Assembly (NCBI GenBank): GCA_963752595.1 | Contig: CAVVYZ010000023.1 | Location: forward strand, 1-64,000 | Reading direction: 5' to 3' | Source of the DNA: an uncultured delta proteobacterium | GTDB taxonomy: Bacteria; Desulfobacterota; Desulfomonilia; UBA1062 | Length of the DNA stretch: 64,000 bases | Shown: piece after piece, positions 1-12,423 of the stretch | How the letters are laid out: the number at the start of each line of letters is the position of its first letter | How positions within the stretch are numbered: the first letter of the stretch is position 1 | The notes under the pieces: generated by a model | What the model saw: the letters and a program-made list of their open reading frames with translations, nothing else | Told to the model about the DNA's origin: nothing | Databases searched by the model: none | Made by a program: the position numbers and the translations under genes

Positions 1-1037
1 TAAAGGGGTGGAGGCCTCTTCGGATCGAACCCCCTCACCGGATCCATAGGGGTCGTGACCATCAACCTGCCCAGGCTCGGCTATCTGAGCAAGAACGAAG
101 ATGAGTTCATTGCCCGGCTGGATACGCTGATAAACGATGCAAGCATCAGCCTGGAGATCAAGCGAAAGGTGCTGGAGAACTTCACGGACAGCAATCTGTA
201 TCCTTATACGAAATATTACCTGACCGGCATGAAACAGAGATATGGCGAATACTGGAAGAACCATTTCTCCACCATCGGCATCGTGGGCATGAATGAAGCC
301 TGCGTGAATTTATTCGCCAGGGACATCGGGACGGACGAAGGACGCACCTTCGCCCTCAAGGTGGCGGATTTCATCCGGGACAAGCTTATTGACCTCCAGC
401 AGAAGACGGGAAACAATTATAACTTTGAAGCTACCCCTGCCGAGGGTACATCCTACCGGATGGCCCGCATCGACAAAAAGGTCTACAGCGACATCATCTG
501 TGCCAACGAAGAGGCCTACAAGGCCGGGCATGAGCCATTTTACACCAATTCTTCACAGCTCCCGGTGAACTACACCGACGATATCTTTGAAGCCCTCGAT
601 CTCCAGGATGATATCCAGTCCAAGTATACGGGAGGAACAGTGCTCCACCTGTTCGCGGGTGAACGGGTCGAGGATGCCGAGGTGATCAAGCACCTGGTGA
701 AAAAGATCTGCCTCGGATACAAGATGCCGTATTTTACCTTCAGCCCCACCTTCAGCGTATGTCCCGGCCATGGGTACATTCGGGCAACAAGCCGGAGTGC
801 CCGGACTGCGGGAACATCACCGAGGTGTATTCAAGGGTCGTGGGATATCTGAGGCCTGTTGCCCAGTGGAACGACGGAAAGAAAGAAGAATTCGGCCAGA
901 GGAAAACCTTCAGGGTAGAAAAGGCCGTTCCCTCCGAGGAACTGGTAAAGAACCAGGTCTATAAGATTCAGCTCCAGTCGCCTCCTTCAGTGGGATGTGT
1001 CCAGGAGGAGGAAGAGGGGCTTCCCAGGCAGATATAA
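1..1037 (+). CDS. nrdD: Anaerobic (class III) ribonucleoside-triphosphate reductase, 3' part; frameshift near 780
   Basis: NFEATPAEGTSYR, YTGGTVLH, CxxH...CPDCG zinc site and glycyl-radical loop YSRVVGYLRPV (ORFs 55-852 and 759-1037). Confidence 0.95.
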
Positions 1038-1040
1038 AAA

Positions 1041-1117
1041 CAGGCACCAGTCACTGGATACAGGCACCGGATGAAGGTAATCTTTTATCCGGCGCCTGAT
1101 GTCTAGAGCCGGTGCCT
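1041..1117. terminator. Long imperfect inverted repeat between convergent genes
   Basis: caggcaccggatgaag / cttttatccggcgcctg inner stem and aggcacc / ggtgcct outer stem. Confidence 0.6.
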
Positions 1118-1120
1118 TTC

Positions 1121-1500
1121 TTATTTCAGGACATTCTCAATTGCTGAGCTCAGGTCTTCGATCTTGAAGGGTTTCTTGACAACTCCTTTGAACCCGTATT
1201 CGGTAAAATTTGACATGACCGGATCATTGGAATAGCCGCTTGAGACTATGGCCTTCGCATCGGGGTCCATTTCAATGAGATCCTTGATGACTTCTTTCCC
1301 CCCTTTGCCTCCGGGAATCGTAAGGTCCATGATGATGGCAGCGAAACGGTTTCCGCTTTTAATGGCCTCGCTATATTGCCCATGGCCTCCTGGCCGTCGG
1401 AGGACAGCTCCACTTCATAACCGAGATATTCAAGCATGCTGCTCACCACATCCCGGATGAGCTCCTCATCATCCATCACCAGAATTCTTCCCTTACCCAT
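1121..1500 (-). CDS. Single-domain response regulator (frameshifted)
   Basis: RILVMDDEE...MDLTIPGG...AIVSSGYS...KKPF receiver motifs. Confidence 0.9.
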
Positions 1501-1815
1501 GATGAGGGTCCTCCTTTCTCTGATGCTTCCTTTCCTCATAATGCATTGATTAATAATATTGTTCTTTGGTTCATGTTCATTCATTCGAACTTTTCATCAA
1601 ATATCTTGAATATCTCTTGTTTGGAATTAGTTTATCCCTATGGCCGCTATGAAACAAGTTATCAAAGCTTCTTTTATAAATAAAAGTAAGGGTATCAAGT
1701 ATTAAATCAAGCGGCAGCATTATGCCGGTTTTATCATTCAATAGGAGGAAGCCATTGACATGTGGAAATCCGTTATGCACTCTGTATAGAGAAATAACCC
1801 TGGAAGGAATGATGA

Positions 1816-2505
1816 ATGAAGATAGGTTATGTTCAGAAGACATCGTTTATCGATTATCCCGGCAAAATAAGCGCCGTGGTCTTCGCCCAGGGATGCAATT
1901 TCAGATGTCCGTACTGCCATAATCCAGAGCTCGTGGATCCTGAGCGGTTCTGTGACAATCTTCTCATGGAGGACGTCTATGCATATCTTGAAAAGAGGAA
2001 AGGAAAACTCGACGGTGTGGTTATAACCGGTGGCGAACCAACGCTCCAGTCAGACCTGATGCCCTTCATCCAGCGGGTGAAATCTCTCGGCTATCTGGTA
2101 AAGCTTGATACCAACGGATCAAGGCCCAGGGTGCTGCAGAATATAATCCAGAAGGGCATTCTGGATTACATCGCAATGGACATAAAGGCACCTTTCGAAA
2201 AATATTCCCGGGTAACAGGATTGCTTGTCAATATAACACAAATCAAGAAAAGCATCTCGATTATAAAGAATCCGGAATCCCGTATGAGTTCAGGACAACT
2301 CTGGTAAAATCTCTGCTCGAGCCCGGAAGACGTTCTTCAGATAGGAAGCATGATAGAAGGGGCTTCACTCTATGTCCTTCAGAAATTTGTCCCGTCAAAG
2401 CACGTGGACAGGACCTATGTGAGAAGATCTTCCTTTGCCGACGATGACCTTGCCGGGCTGGTTTCCGGGCTGAATCCTTTCGTGTCGAGATGCTTCATGC
2501 GCTAG
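1816..2505 (+). CDS. nrdG: Anaerobic RNR activating radical SAM protein (frameshift near 2280)
   Basis: SFIDYPGK, GCNFRCPYCHN, ITGGEPT, KLDTNGS; next to nrdD. Confidence 0.92.
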
Positions 2506-3169
2506 TCCATCCCGGCAGGAGTGCGGCTCAGATGATGGGCATACCTGACGGGTTCGGGAATCCTGAAACCCGCGGACATGCCAGGCAGACCTCTACTGAA
2601 GAATCAATACCCATCCTGTGTCCCGGGGGAAACAAACACCGGCTTGGTATGATCCCTTGTCCTGAGAACGTATCCCACCCGCATTCCATTAATCTGGATG
2701 GGAGATTTATCACCCCTGCAGGGTCCCGGAGGGCTGTAGGTGCCGGCAAGATGGCTTTTCGCACATCCGATGGTGGGAAGATCAAGGATTAATCCCATAT
2801 GCGAGGCAATTCCGATACCGGACGGATGACATATTCCATGACCGTCAAATATCAGGACTTCCGGCACAGTCGCCAGCAGGGAAAAGGCTTCTTCAACGAG
2901 AGGACCTTCCCGGAAGGCAAACAGGCCGGGCAGGTAGGGGAAGGAGACATCTTTTTATGTAGATGAATGGCAGATATATTCCAGGCCGGGAAATGACATC
3001 ACAACAATGGCGCAGCAGGCACGCTTTCCATAAGGTCATAGGCGACATCCGTGCCGCCGATGGTTTCCGGCCTTTATACCGGATCACTGATTACCAGATA
3101 CTGTTTGAGTTCTTCCTGGATGCGGCGGGCTTCCTCCACCGAGACAGACCAGGGGTGGGTTCTTTGCAT
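2502..3169 (-). CDS. nfi: Endonuclease V (frameshifted)
   Basis: HPWSVSVEEARRIQEEL start; FDGHGICHP-GIGIASHMG, PTIGCAKS, KPVFVSPG. Confidence 0.9.
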
Positions 3170-3190
3170 GCTGTTAAGAATAACATAAAG

Positions 3191-3374
3191 GATTTCGGAT
3201 TTCGAAATGAATCACCCCGCAGCAAGCTGCGAGGTATCAAAAGCAAAGGCAAGGAACGCAGCAAGCTGCAAGGAATTAACCCGGCCGAGATTAAAGAAAC
3301 CTGAATTTACGAGACTTCGGATTGATAATTTTAGGGCCTTTAAATTCGCATTTCGCAATCCGAAATTCGAAATT
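3191..3374. repeat. Heptamer-based inverted repeat enclosing a ~90 bp double-hairpin element
   Basis: gatttcggatttcgaaat (3191) versus ttcgcaatccgaaattcgaaatt (to 3374); two copies of cgcagcaagctgc at 3218 and 3257. Confidence 0.65.
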
Positions 3375-3376
3375 GC

Positions 3377-4968
3377 CTATCCCTGCAGCACCGACCATAC
3401 CTTGTCGATCAATTCCTGAGGCAGGAACGGTTTCTGGAGAAATTCATAGTCCTTGATGTCTTCCTCTTTGATCACATCGTTACCGTATCCGGACATGATC
3501 AGGACCTTGATATGCGGCCAGATGGACTTCATTTTCTTGGAAAGCATGCTGCCGTCGATCCTTCGCATGACCATATCGGTGATCAGGAGGTCGATCCTGC
3601 CGTCAAGCTGACGCACGAGCTGCAATGCATCTCCGCCGTTTCGGGCCGTGAGTGTTTTGAGGCCCTGCTGCTTGAGGACCTCACTCACCAGGTCCCTGAC
3701 CGTATCATCATCTTCGACCACCAGGATAATCTTGTCTTCCGATAGAGAGGCCTGCGTCTTCTGGGCAGGCTTGGTTCCCTGTTCTTTTCTGGCGTCCTGG
3801 GCTGAAAGCGGGAACAGCGCTTTGAAGGTCGTGCCTGAACCCGGAGAGCTCTCGACAAAGATAGATCCCTTTGGCCGCCTTTATGATGTTCCGGGAAGTC
3901 CAGAGGCCCACGACATTGCTGCTGCTGTCTGAAAAGAACGGATCGAATATCTGGTTCCTCATTTCTTCGGTCATGCCCGGACCTGTATCTTTCACGGTGA
4001 GCATAAGGTATCGCCATGGGAAACCTGGGGGAACAGGGATTCATTCGAGGCAGTTTACTGTGATCGAGCTCGTGCTTATGGTGAGCTCTCCGCCCTCGGG
4101 CATTGCATGCTTGCGCATTGGTCACCAGATTCAGGAGAAGGGTCGCAAAACGGGAAGGGTCAATGGACACCGGTTCCAGTTTCGGGGCCTTTACCACCAT
4201 CAATCGGATGGCATCACCGATGACATGCTTGATAATCCCTTCCTGGTTGGAGATTTCCTCGTTTATGTCTATGGATTTAACCTGTGTCCTGCTTTTCCTG
4301 CTGAATTCAAGCATGCGCTGGGTAAGGGCCGATGCCTGTTTCCCAGCCTGGCAGATCTGATTTATCTTATGGTAGAAAGGGTGGGATTCATCCACCGACA
4401 TCTTCAGGATCTCGGAATAACCGTTGATGACCGTAAGCATATTATTGAAATCATGTGCGAACCCGCCGGAGATCTGGGCAAGGATTTCCACGCTTGCAGA
4501 GTGGAGCATGCTCTGCTCCTGCACCTTCTGCCCGATGATGTCCAGTGCCTGATAATGGAACGATACGACCTTATCATCGTTCATGATGGGCCTTCCGGTC
4601 ACCAGAAAATAAAATACCTTGCCGCTGGGGGCATCATGCGGACTTCATAGTTCATCTCCTTTTTTCTCGGAAAGGCTCTTCATCCAGAGTTCCATATACC
4701 TTTTCCCGGTCATCCTTGTGGATGAATTCCAGGAGGTTCTTGCCCGATGAAGCCGGCATATGTCGATTTTCCAGGAAAATGTCTCGTTGGCCTTGTTGTT
4801 GGCCTTTGTGATGAATGCCCTTTCCATCGGTTACCAGGACATGGTGGAAGTGTTCTCAAAGAAATCCTCATAGAAGTGTCTTCTCGTTCTCCAACTGCTT
4901 CCAGGGTTCATACAGCTCTGTATGTTCTTCGAGAATCATCAGATGTGATCCTGAACTTTGTGAGTCAT
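3377..4968 (-). CDS. PAS hybrid sensor histidine kinase with receiver domain (frameshifted)
   Basis: FAHDFNNML H-box, LLNLVTNA N-box, VKDTGPGM, FDPFF, C-terminal receiver. Confidence 0.88.
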
Positions 4969-5085
4969 TCAACGGCCCCTGATACAGCAACCTCATGATC
5001 GAGGGTTATTATCGACTAATAGATATATCGGCGGAAAAAATGGGAAGATAAATAGGAGGGATCGAGATTTATCGCGCAGATAGTC

Positions 5086-7358
5086 CTAAGGAAACGGTCT
5101 TCAGGAAAGTGCTTCATCCAGAATCAAGGGAAAGCTCGTGAAGGTTGAAGGGTTTGTTGAGTTTTGCCACGATCAGCGGGATTGAAAGAAAATCGTAATG
5201 CTCGTGTTCGAAGGAGAATCCCGATGAGATGACGACCTTTGTGTCGATGTTGTTTTTCTCCATCTCCTTCAGGGTATGATATCCGTCGAGCCCGGGCATG
5301 ATCATGTCGAGAATGATCGAGGTCGAATCCCTGCTGATCCTTTTCAGGATATCGAGACATTCGTATCCGTTGCATGCGGATTCGACGTATGGCCCAGAAG
5401 GCTGAGCAGTTCTTTTCCGATATCCCTCAGCATGTCTTCATCATCAACAATGAGGATCCTGGCCTTGTGTTTGATGGAGCCTGGGCGATGTGTTCTTCCG
5501 GGGAAGCGGCCTGTCCCTTGTCATGTCGATATGGGAAGGAGGATGCTGAAGGTGGAGCCCTTTTTTTCTTCAGACCTGACCTGAATCGCCCCGCCCGCAT
5601 TTTTTACGATATTGTATGCAATGGAAAGACCGAGGCCGGTTCCTTTATCCGGCCCTTTCTGCTTGGTCGTGAAAAACGGGTCGAAAATCTTGGGAAGGAT
5701 CTCATGGCTCATGCCGCACCCGTTGTCCGTGACATCGATTTTCACGTATTTCCCGACGGAACCCAGCAGGAACTGTCTCCGTGAATCCCTGTCCACAATG
5801 ATGGGATGAGTGTTTATGGTGATAAGGCCGTTCTGATTGTTCCTATGGCATCTTTCGAATTCACGATCAGGTTCAGAAGCACCTGCGTAAGATGGGTATG
5901 GTCGATGAAAACCCGGTATTCCTTGCCGTTGCCGTCAAAGGCGATCCGGATGTTTTTGGGAATGGATTTCGTCGCCATATCCATGACTTCCTGAACCACC
6001 TGGCTGATGGAGATATGATCCGGCTTGCCTTCGTGCCTTTTCGTGAAGACCAGCATCTGCTGGATAAGGTCCCGTGGCCCGCTCGGTGATGTTTTCCAGC
6101 GTCTGGATGAAATGCTGTTTCTTATTCTCGTCGTTGGTATACTTCAGCATGGAGATATTGCCGGTTATGCCGGTGAGGATATTGTTGAAATCATGGGCAA
6201 CCCCTCCGGCCAGCTCGCCGATGGTCTCCATCTTCTGCGCATGGATGAGCTGGATTTCCATGTGATTCTTTTCCGTGATATCCACCGCCGTGAACACGAC
6301 GCCGCCCACCGGTGGATTCATGAGCGGATATATGCTGACATCGAATACCTGTTTTGAATTATCCGAGAAGGTTTCCTCGATGGAGAAACTGGGGGGTGTG
6401 ATCATTCTGTACCTCCTAAATGATCTTTTCATACTGTCCCATTTTACTGCCCAGGGCATCGATGGAATTCCCGATTATGGAAGAGAGCGGCTTATGGAAG
6501 ATCCTTTCGGTTATGGGATTCGCCATGATCACTTTTGAAGAATGGTCAAGACAGATGATCATGTTCGGGCTCGACTCGAATATGCTGCTCAAAAGGTTCT
6601 TCAGATTCTCAATGGTCTGCTGGGCATGTTTGAGATCGATATCTCCTGGGCATTATATTGGACCTCGACGATTTTACCGCCCTTTTTCAGGGCGCTCCCG
6701 CTGGCCAGCAGATAAAAGGACGTTCCTTCCTTGTCCATGGCCCTGAGTTCGAGCCGAGGGGTCTTGCCGTCGAGGATCTGCTGCCAGAAATCGATGTACA
6801 GGGCGCGGTCATCCGGATGGGCGATCATCAGGATGCTTTTTCCGATGAGTTCGTTGCGTTGATACCCTGAATATCTCTTCGATTTTTTTATTCATTCGTT
6901 TTATATAGCCGTTTTCATCGGTGGTAATGATGAGCTCGTTGGCATTCTCGAAGAGGGCTTCAAACCGTTCCTGGTTTTCCCTGAGCTGTTCTTCCAGGCG
7001 TTTGCGCTTGGTGATATCGCTTGCAAGTCCGCAGAATCCGATGGTCTTGCCGGAATCATCCTTGAGGAGGCTGATGGAGTTCTCTAACAACTTTTTTGCT
7101 GTTGTCGGTCAGGATGATTTCATATTCAATCCGTTGCGGGATGCCGGTCGTGAAGACTTTGTTGAAGATCTTGAACAGCAATTTGGATGTGGCCTTGCTC
7201 GTATAGAGCGCGTAATTCCTTCCAAGGATTTCTTCTTCCGGAAGGTTGGCGATCTTACAGACGATCTTGTTGACGAAGGTAAAGTTTCCCTCGAGGTCTA
7301 TCTCGTAGTAACCTTCCTCCATGTCCTCAAGGATCTTCCTGTCTCGCATTTCAGCCAT
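5086..7358 (-). CDS. Multi-PAS hybrid sensor histidine kinase with receiver domain (frameshifted)
   Basis: PAS repeats, [43 protein letters not shown], receiver. Confidence 0.9.
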
Positions 7359-7459
7359 GATAAACCTTCATGAATTGATCGGAATGGCCTGGTAAAACTT
7401 GATATACCAAATATTGACACTATATTCTAGGTAGCAAAATCAATGGAGAGGTAAGTGTC

Positions 7460-7660
7460 ATGAATATCGATGTTTCCAAGGAAGAGGCCTCGCTGCTCAA
7501 CATGCTTCTGAAAAAGGAAGAGGTGACGACCCGTGTCGAGATCCATCATGCCCGTATGTCCTTCGAATACCGTGATTATCTGAAACAGCGGGAAAAGTTG
7601 ATCGTATCTCTTCTGGAGAGGGTCAAGCAATTACTGCCTGAAGAAGAAAAAGCAGCATGA
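7460..7660 (+). CDS. Small hypothetical helical protein
   Basis: Clean 66-aa ORF with GGAGAGG RBS. Confidence 0.7.
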   Translation: MNIDVSKEEASLLNMLLKKEEVTTRVEIHHARMSFEYRDYLKQREKLIVSLLERVKQLLPEEEKAA

Positions 7661-7794
7661 TGGATAAAAGCTGACCGTCAATGTTCTCCTGACCGTCGGA
7701 AACATACCCGCTGAGAGCGGATTTACCAAATTATATTTATTTCAGAAATACCGGTAATTGACCGGTAACCGATGTAAAATATTCCTGGATTATT

Positions 7795-8739
7795 GTGGCA
7801 GGAATGCCGAACATGAATGGTGAAATGGGTACGAATGAAAGCATACGGACGGTAATCCATGAAATGCACAGCGTTTTCCTCGGACAGGATGAGGTCCTGA
7901 AGAATGTGCTCTGTGCGCTTCTGGCCCGGGGGCATGTCCTGCTCGAAGGTGTTCCGGGAGTGGGGAAAACCCTTATAGCCATTACCCTGTCCCGGTTGCT
8001 TCATTTGAGCTTCAAGAGGATACAGTTCACGAATGATCTTCTCCCCACAGATGTCACCGGCTTTCATACCTTCAAAAAAGGGGATTCATCCCTGGATCTG
8101 ATCCCGGGACCGATCTTTGCAAATATCGTCCTGGCCGATGAAATCAATCGGACATCCCCCAAGACCCAATCGGCCCTGCTTGAGGCGATGGAGGAATCCC
8201 AGGTGACCATCGATGGATCGACCTACCGGCTTCCGGAGCCTTTCATGGTCATCGCCACCCAGAATCCTGTGGAAATCGTCGGCACTTTTCCCCTGCCGGA
8301 AAGTCAGCTCGACCGGTTTCTCCTGAAGGCCCGGGTGGGATATCCCCCGCTGGATGAAGAGACCGAGATCCTCAAGAAAGATATCGATCATGCAGATGCC
8401 CTCCGGCTGGAACCGGTTATGGACAGGGACGAGATCAATACCCTGATACATGCATCGTCACAGGTTGCCGTCCAAGGAGATATCCTCTCCTATATGACGA
8501 AGATCATCCGATCCACCCGGATTCATCCCAAGGTGGAGCTCGGCGTATCGCCCCGGGGCGGTCTGGCGCTGAAGAGGGCGTCACAGGCCTGGGCCTGTAT
8601 CAGCGGAAGGGATTATGTCATCCCTGATGATGTGAAAAGCGTGGCAAGATGTGTGCTGGAACACAGGATCATGGTAAAGGATGGATCAGCCGGCAGTATC
8701 ATAGAGGCGATTCTGGATGAGGTTAAGCTCCCTCTTTGA
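7795..8739 (+). CDS. MoxR family AAA+ ATPase
   Basis: HVLLEGVPGVGKT, RIQFT-DLLP-D, LADEINR, ATQNP, FPLPESQLDRF. Confidence 0.95.
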   Translation: MAGMPNMNGEMGTNESIRTVIHEMHSVFLGQDEVLKNVLCALLARGHVLLEGVPGVGKTLIAITLSRLLHLSFKRIQFTNDLLPTDVTGFHTFKKGDSSLDLIPGPIFANIVLADEINRTSPKTQSALLEAMEESQVTIDGSTYRLPEPFMVIATQNPVEIVGTFPLPESQLDRFLLKARVGYPPLDEETEILKKDIDHADALRLEPVMDRDEINTLIHASSQVAVQGDILSYMTKIIRSTRIHPKVELGVSPRGGLALKRASQAWACISGRDYVIPDDVKSVARCVLEHRIMVKDGSAGSIIEAILDEVKLPL

Positions 8740-9632
8740 CCTGTTGAAACCACCCCGCGGGTTCAGGCTTACCAAGCCGGGCAGGAATTTTTCGCCTTTC
8801 TCTTCTGCCTCATCATTATTGCCCTGGCAACGGGGAATAACCTTCTTTACCTCATCCTGGCAGGAATGATGGCCTTCATGATCATTTCCGGCATTGAATC
8901 AGAAGTGAATCTCCGGTACCTCGAACTGGAAAGAGTCCTCCCTGCTGAGATCTATGCAGGACTTTCCACAAAGGTGGGCTATCTGATCAGAAATCAACGG
9001 AACAATTCGTCCCGGCTGCTGGTTTCCGATATGGCTCATATGAAGGTTGAACAGGTCTTCAGGGATGAAACAGAGAGCTTCCATTCTGCGGTCACATTTC
9101 CGAAAAGAGGGTATGCGATGCTGGGAAGGGTGACCATATCCACAACTACCCATACGGCCTTTTCGAGAAATCCATCTCCTTTCCGCTGTACGACCGGGTT
9201 GTCGTTTTCCCTGAACCAGAATTTTTACTCCGTTTTTATCTCAGGAGTACGGGACACTGGCGAGGGAAGGCCAGGGATTCCATTTCCCATGTGCGGGCCT
9301 ATCGTGCCGGCGATCCTCTTTCATCCATAGTCTGGAAAAAACAGAATCGGGCCTTGTTTCCCGTGTTTTCGAAGGAGGAGCCGGCCTGGGCGGGTGGTGG
9401 TGGTGAAACCGGGCGGCGACATGGAAATGAAATTATCCTGTGCAACCCATGTCATAGCAGAGCTCCACAGGACAGGCAGGCCGTTCGGACTCGTTATGAA
9501 CGTTTTTTCAGCGGCATTGCCTCTTCCCGGCCACATAAAATCAGGGTCATGGAACAACTGGCCCTGGCAGAAGAAATCAGACAGCCCGCCCTGGAGGTGA
9601 TTCGAAGCGATGTCCAGATCATATACATTTGA
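8740..9632 (+). CDS. DUF58 domain protein (frameshifted)
   Basis: TGNNLLYL, RAYRAGDPLSSIVWK; canonical position after MoxR. Confidence 0.8.
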
Positions 9633-11480
9633 CCATTTAAAGTTGCTACTATAAGCATCTCTTTTTCCGGGATGTTCTGTATGAGCCTTGCCGGAATGAT
9701 ATCTCCGGGCCTTCTCATCGTTCTAGCGATAGTCCATGTGATCATTTATCTTTAGTGGTTTGACCGGGAAATCATCGGCCAGATACCTGCGCTTCTCCTT
9801 ATTCTGATCCTCTTCGGGGCCGAAATATACCGCATAGCTTCGTTTGGAAGATCTGAGGTGGTGCTGGCGGTCAGGGACTTGATTATCATAGCAGCCCTCA
9901 TCCGGCTCTTATGAGAAAAACTACGAGGGAAATTTATCAGATAGCCGGCATTGCCTTTGCAGAATGTCTTCTTTCCACAATATTTACCACAAGTCCGCTT
10001 TTTTCTGATCGGCCTCGTCATGATGATAGTTCTTCTGCCCATGCTGCTGTATCACCCTCGACGACAGGCAGTTTTCGATCAAAGAAGATCACGGCGGCAA
10101 AGGGGTCCGGCACTGGATGAAGTATCGGCCGGGATTGTGCTGTTTGCGTGTCTCATCTTTTATCTGCTGCCGAGGCCTGCCTCCTCCATCATGCAGCACG
10201 GGCTGGCCCAGAGAACGAGAATGAATTTCCATGAAAGCGTGGATCTGAGGAATAATGGACCGGATGAAAACGACACCACCGTTGTCATGAGAATCATCTG
10301 GTCTTCCGGTTCGCCGCCGGACAGGTTTTATCTGTCAGGTGCGCGGCTTGAAGGAGCAACCCCTGACGGATTCATGAAAAAAGACAGCCCGGGTGTTGCT
10401 TCCTCCGGCTCCGGTGCCTTTACGGACAGAATGAGTATGTATCCTGCCTCTCTTTATTCTGAAAATGTTTTTTTCCCCTTCCGGTTGAGCCGGATCGTGC
10501 CGGGAAGCGTTTCCTTTCAGGGATCGAACGTCGTCTGGATGAGCGAACCTCCTCCGGCCTATGAGGTGTGGGTGAATCGTTCGCCCGGACAGGAAAACCC
10601 GTGCAGCACCGATCTGCCGCTCAAGCTTCGATCCGTAGGGTATCTGGGAAAGCGGATAGCAGCTGACGGCGACCCTGCGGCAAAGGCCGGTCGGATTGCA
10701 GCATATCTGAAAAGCGGATACCGCTATACCCTGAAGAATGACAGGATACCCCCGGGCTCCTCTTCCATCGAGTGGTTCGTGTTTACCGGGAAAAGGGGAA
10801 GATGCGAGCATTTTGCGGCAGCGTCTGCCGTCATGCTGCGGGGATGCGGCATTCCTGCACGGGTGGTCACCGGGTTCCTGGTGGATGAATACAATGGAAA
10901 CGGTGACTATTATATTGTGCGTGCATCCAATGCCCATGCCTGGGTTGAATACTGGGACGGCGCATGGCAGATCCTTGATGCAACCCCTTCTCAGGGCGCA
11001 GGCACAGCCGCGATCAAGCCGCTGCTTCTCCTCGACGAGCTCAGGTTCCGCTGGTATCGCTGGGTCATCCAGTTCTCTCTGGACGATCAGATCCAGTTCG
11101 CATCGAAGATCTTTACCCCGTCTCCGATTATCGCCAGACAGGTGGAATCATGGGGACTGTACGCCCTGTATCTCATTTTCTCCGTGCTGGTTGCGCTGGG
11201 AGGATTCTCTCTTTTCAAAAGAAGCTTACTCCATCCCTATGAAAAGGTTTCACGCGCGCTGAGAAAGAAAAAACTGGTCCTTCCTCCCAACAGCTCACAT
11301 CAGGAGCATGCCCGGATGGTCTCGGAAAAGTATCCTTCGCTTGGTCCGTTTTTCCGGGAATACCTCGGAGAGTATCTGGCCTGGAGATTCGGGAAAAGGG
11401 ACATCGATATCAAGAAAAGTACGGGGAAGATCATCAGGGAAATAAAGACACGAGCCGGAAAAAATGATACCTGGCGGTGA
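9611..11480 (+). CDS. Membrane transglutaminase-like protein (TgpA type; frameshifted N-terminus)
   Basis: GRCEHFA, GIPARVVTGF, AHAWVEY, DATP catalytic triad motifs. Confidence 0.9.
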
Positions 11481-11492
11481 TGCCCGTCCGCA

Positions 11493-12287
11493 TCAGGGCG
11501 TGATAATGATCTCCACTCTCCTGTTCATGGCCCTGCCTTCTTCGGTTGCTGAATCGGCGATGGGCCTTGTGTCTCCATAGGAGAGGCTGAAAGCTTGTCC
11601 TTCTTGATGCCGGAGCTCTGCAGGAGCAGCAGTACGGATACGGCCCGTGCATTGCCCAGGTCCCAGTAGGTTGGATACGTTTTCAAAACGGACCTGGGAA
11701 GAGGTGAACTGTCGCTGTGTCCGGCAACCTCACACTTCCTGGGGCTTGACTTTGATCCAGGCCTTCTGCGATTTTTTTGATGAGGGATGCCCCGTTCGGC
11801 ATCAGCCAGGCGCTTGAAGGGGCAGGGAAGAGTACCCGCTGGGGAATGACGATTTTAACCTTATCTTCGTTCTTGATGATATAGAGCTGATCATTCACCC
11901 GTTCGGTATTCAAGGAAGACAGGAGGGTCTCATGGGCCTTTTCCAGCCGCCACTGTGCATCTTTTCTCTCCTGGGTCATGACCTTGAACCGGGAGATCTG
12001 TTTCAAAAGGTTCTTGTTTTCCTCCATGCACTGGATGTTCTTATCCAGGAGGTCCTGCTTTTCGGCTTGAGAAGGCGGAGGAGCTCTTTCGAGACTTCTT
12101 CTTCATCTCGTCGAGTTTCGGCATCCAGCGCGGCTGTTCCGGTTCTCTGCGGTTTCCAGCTGTTCTTTGCAGGAATTCAGCTCGTTCGTCACATGCGGTA
12201 TATTCTTCTTCACTGTAGCGATGGGCACAACCCGAAAGTGAATGAACAGGATGATAAGATTGCAAAAACAGTAAATATTTTATTCAT
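11493..12287 (-). CDS. OmpA/MotB-like coiled-coil protein (frameshifted)
   Basis: IVIPQRVLF, GHTDS-like motif and C-terminal NRRVEIII. Confidence 0.7.
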
Positions 12288-12423
12288 TTGTGAAGATAAC
12301 CATACTAGCTTCTCCGGATGAAGTCAATGACGGCATTGCTGCAATCCCGTCCCGTACTGTTGTTACCCGGCACGGGAAAGGCAGGTGGACATTCATGAGG
12401 TCATGGGTATAATGCATTCCCGT

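Noticed and set aside
7403-7432. Possible NrdR boxes
   Set aside because: Only a loose match to the consensus and not upstream of an nrd gene
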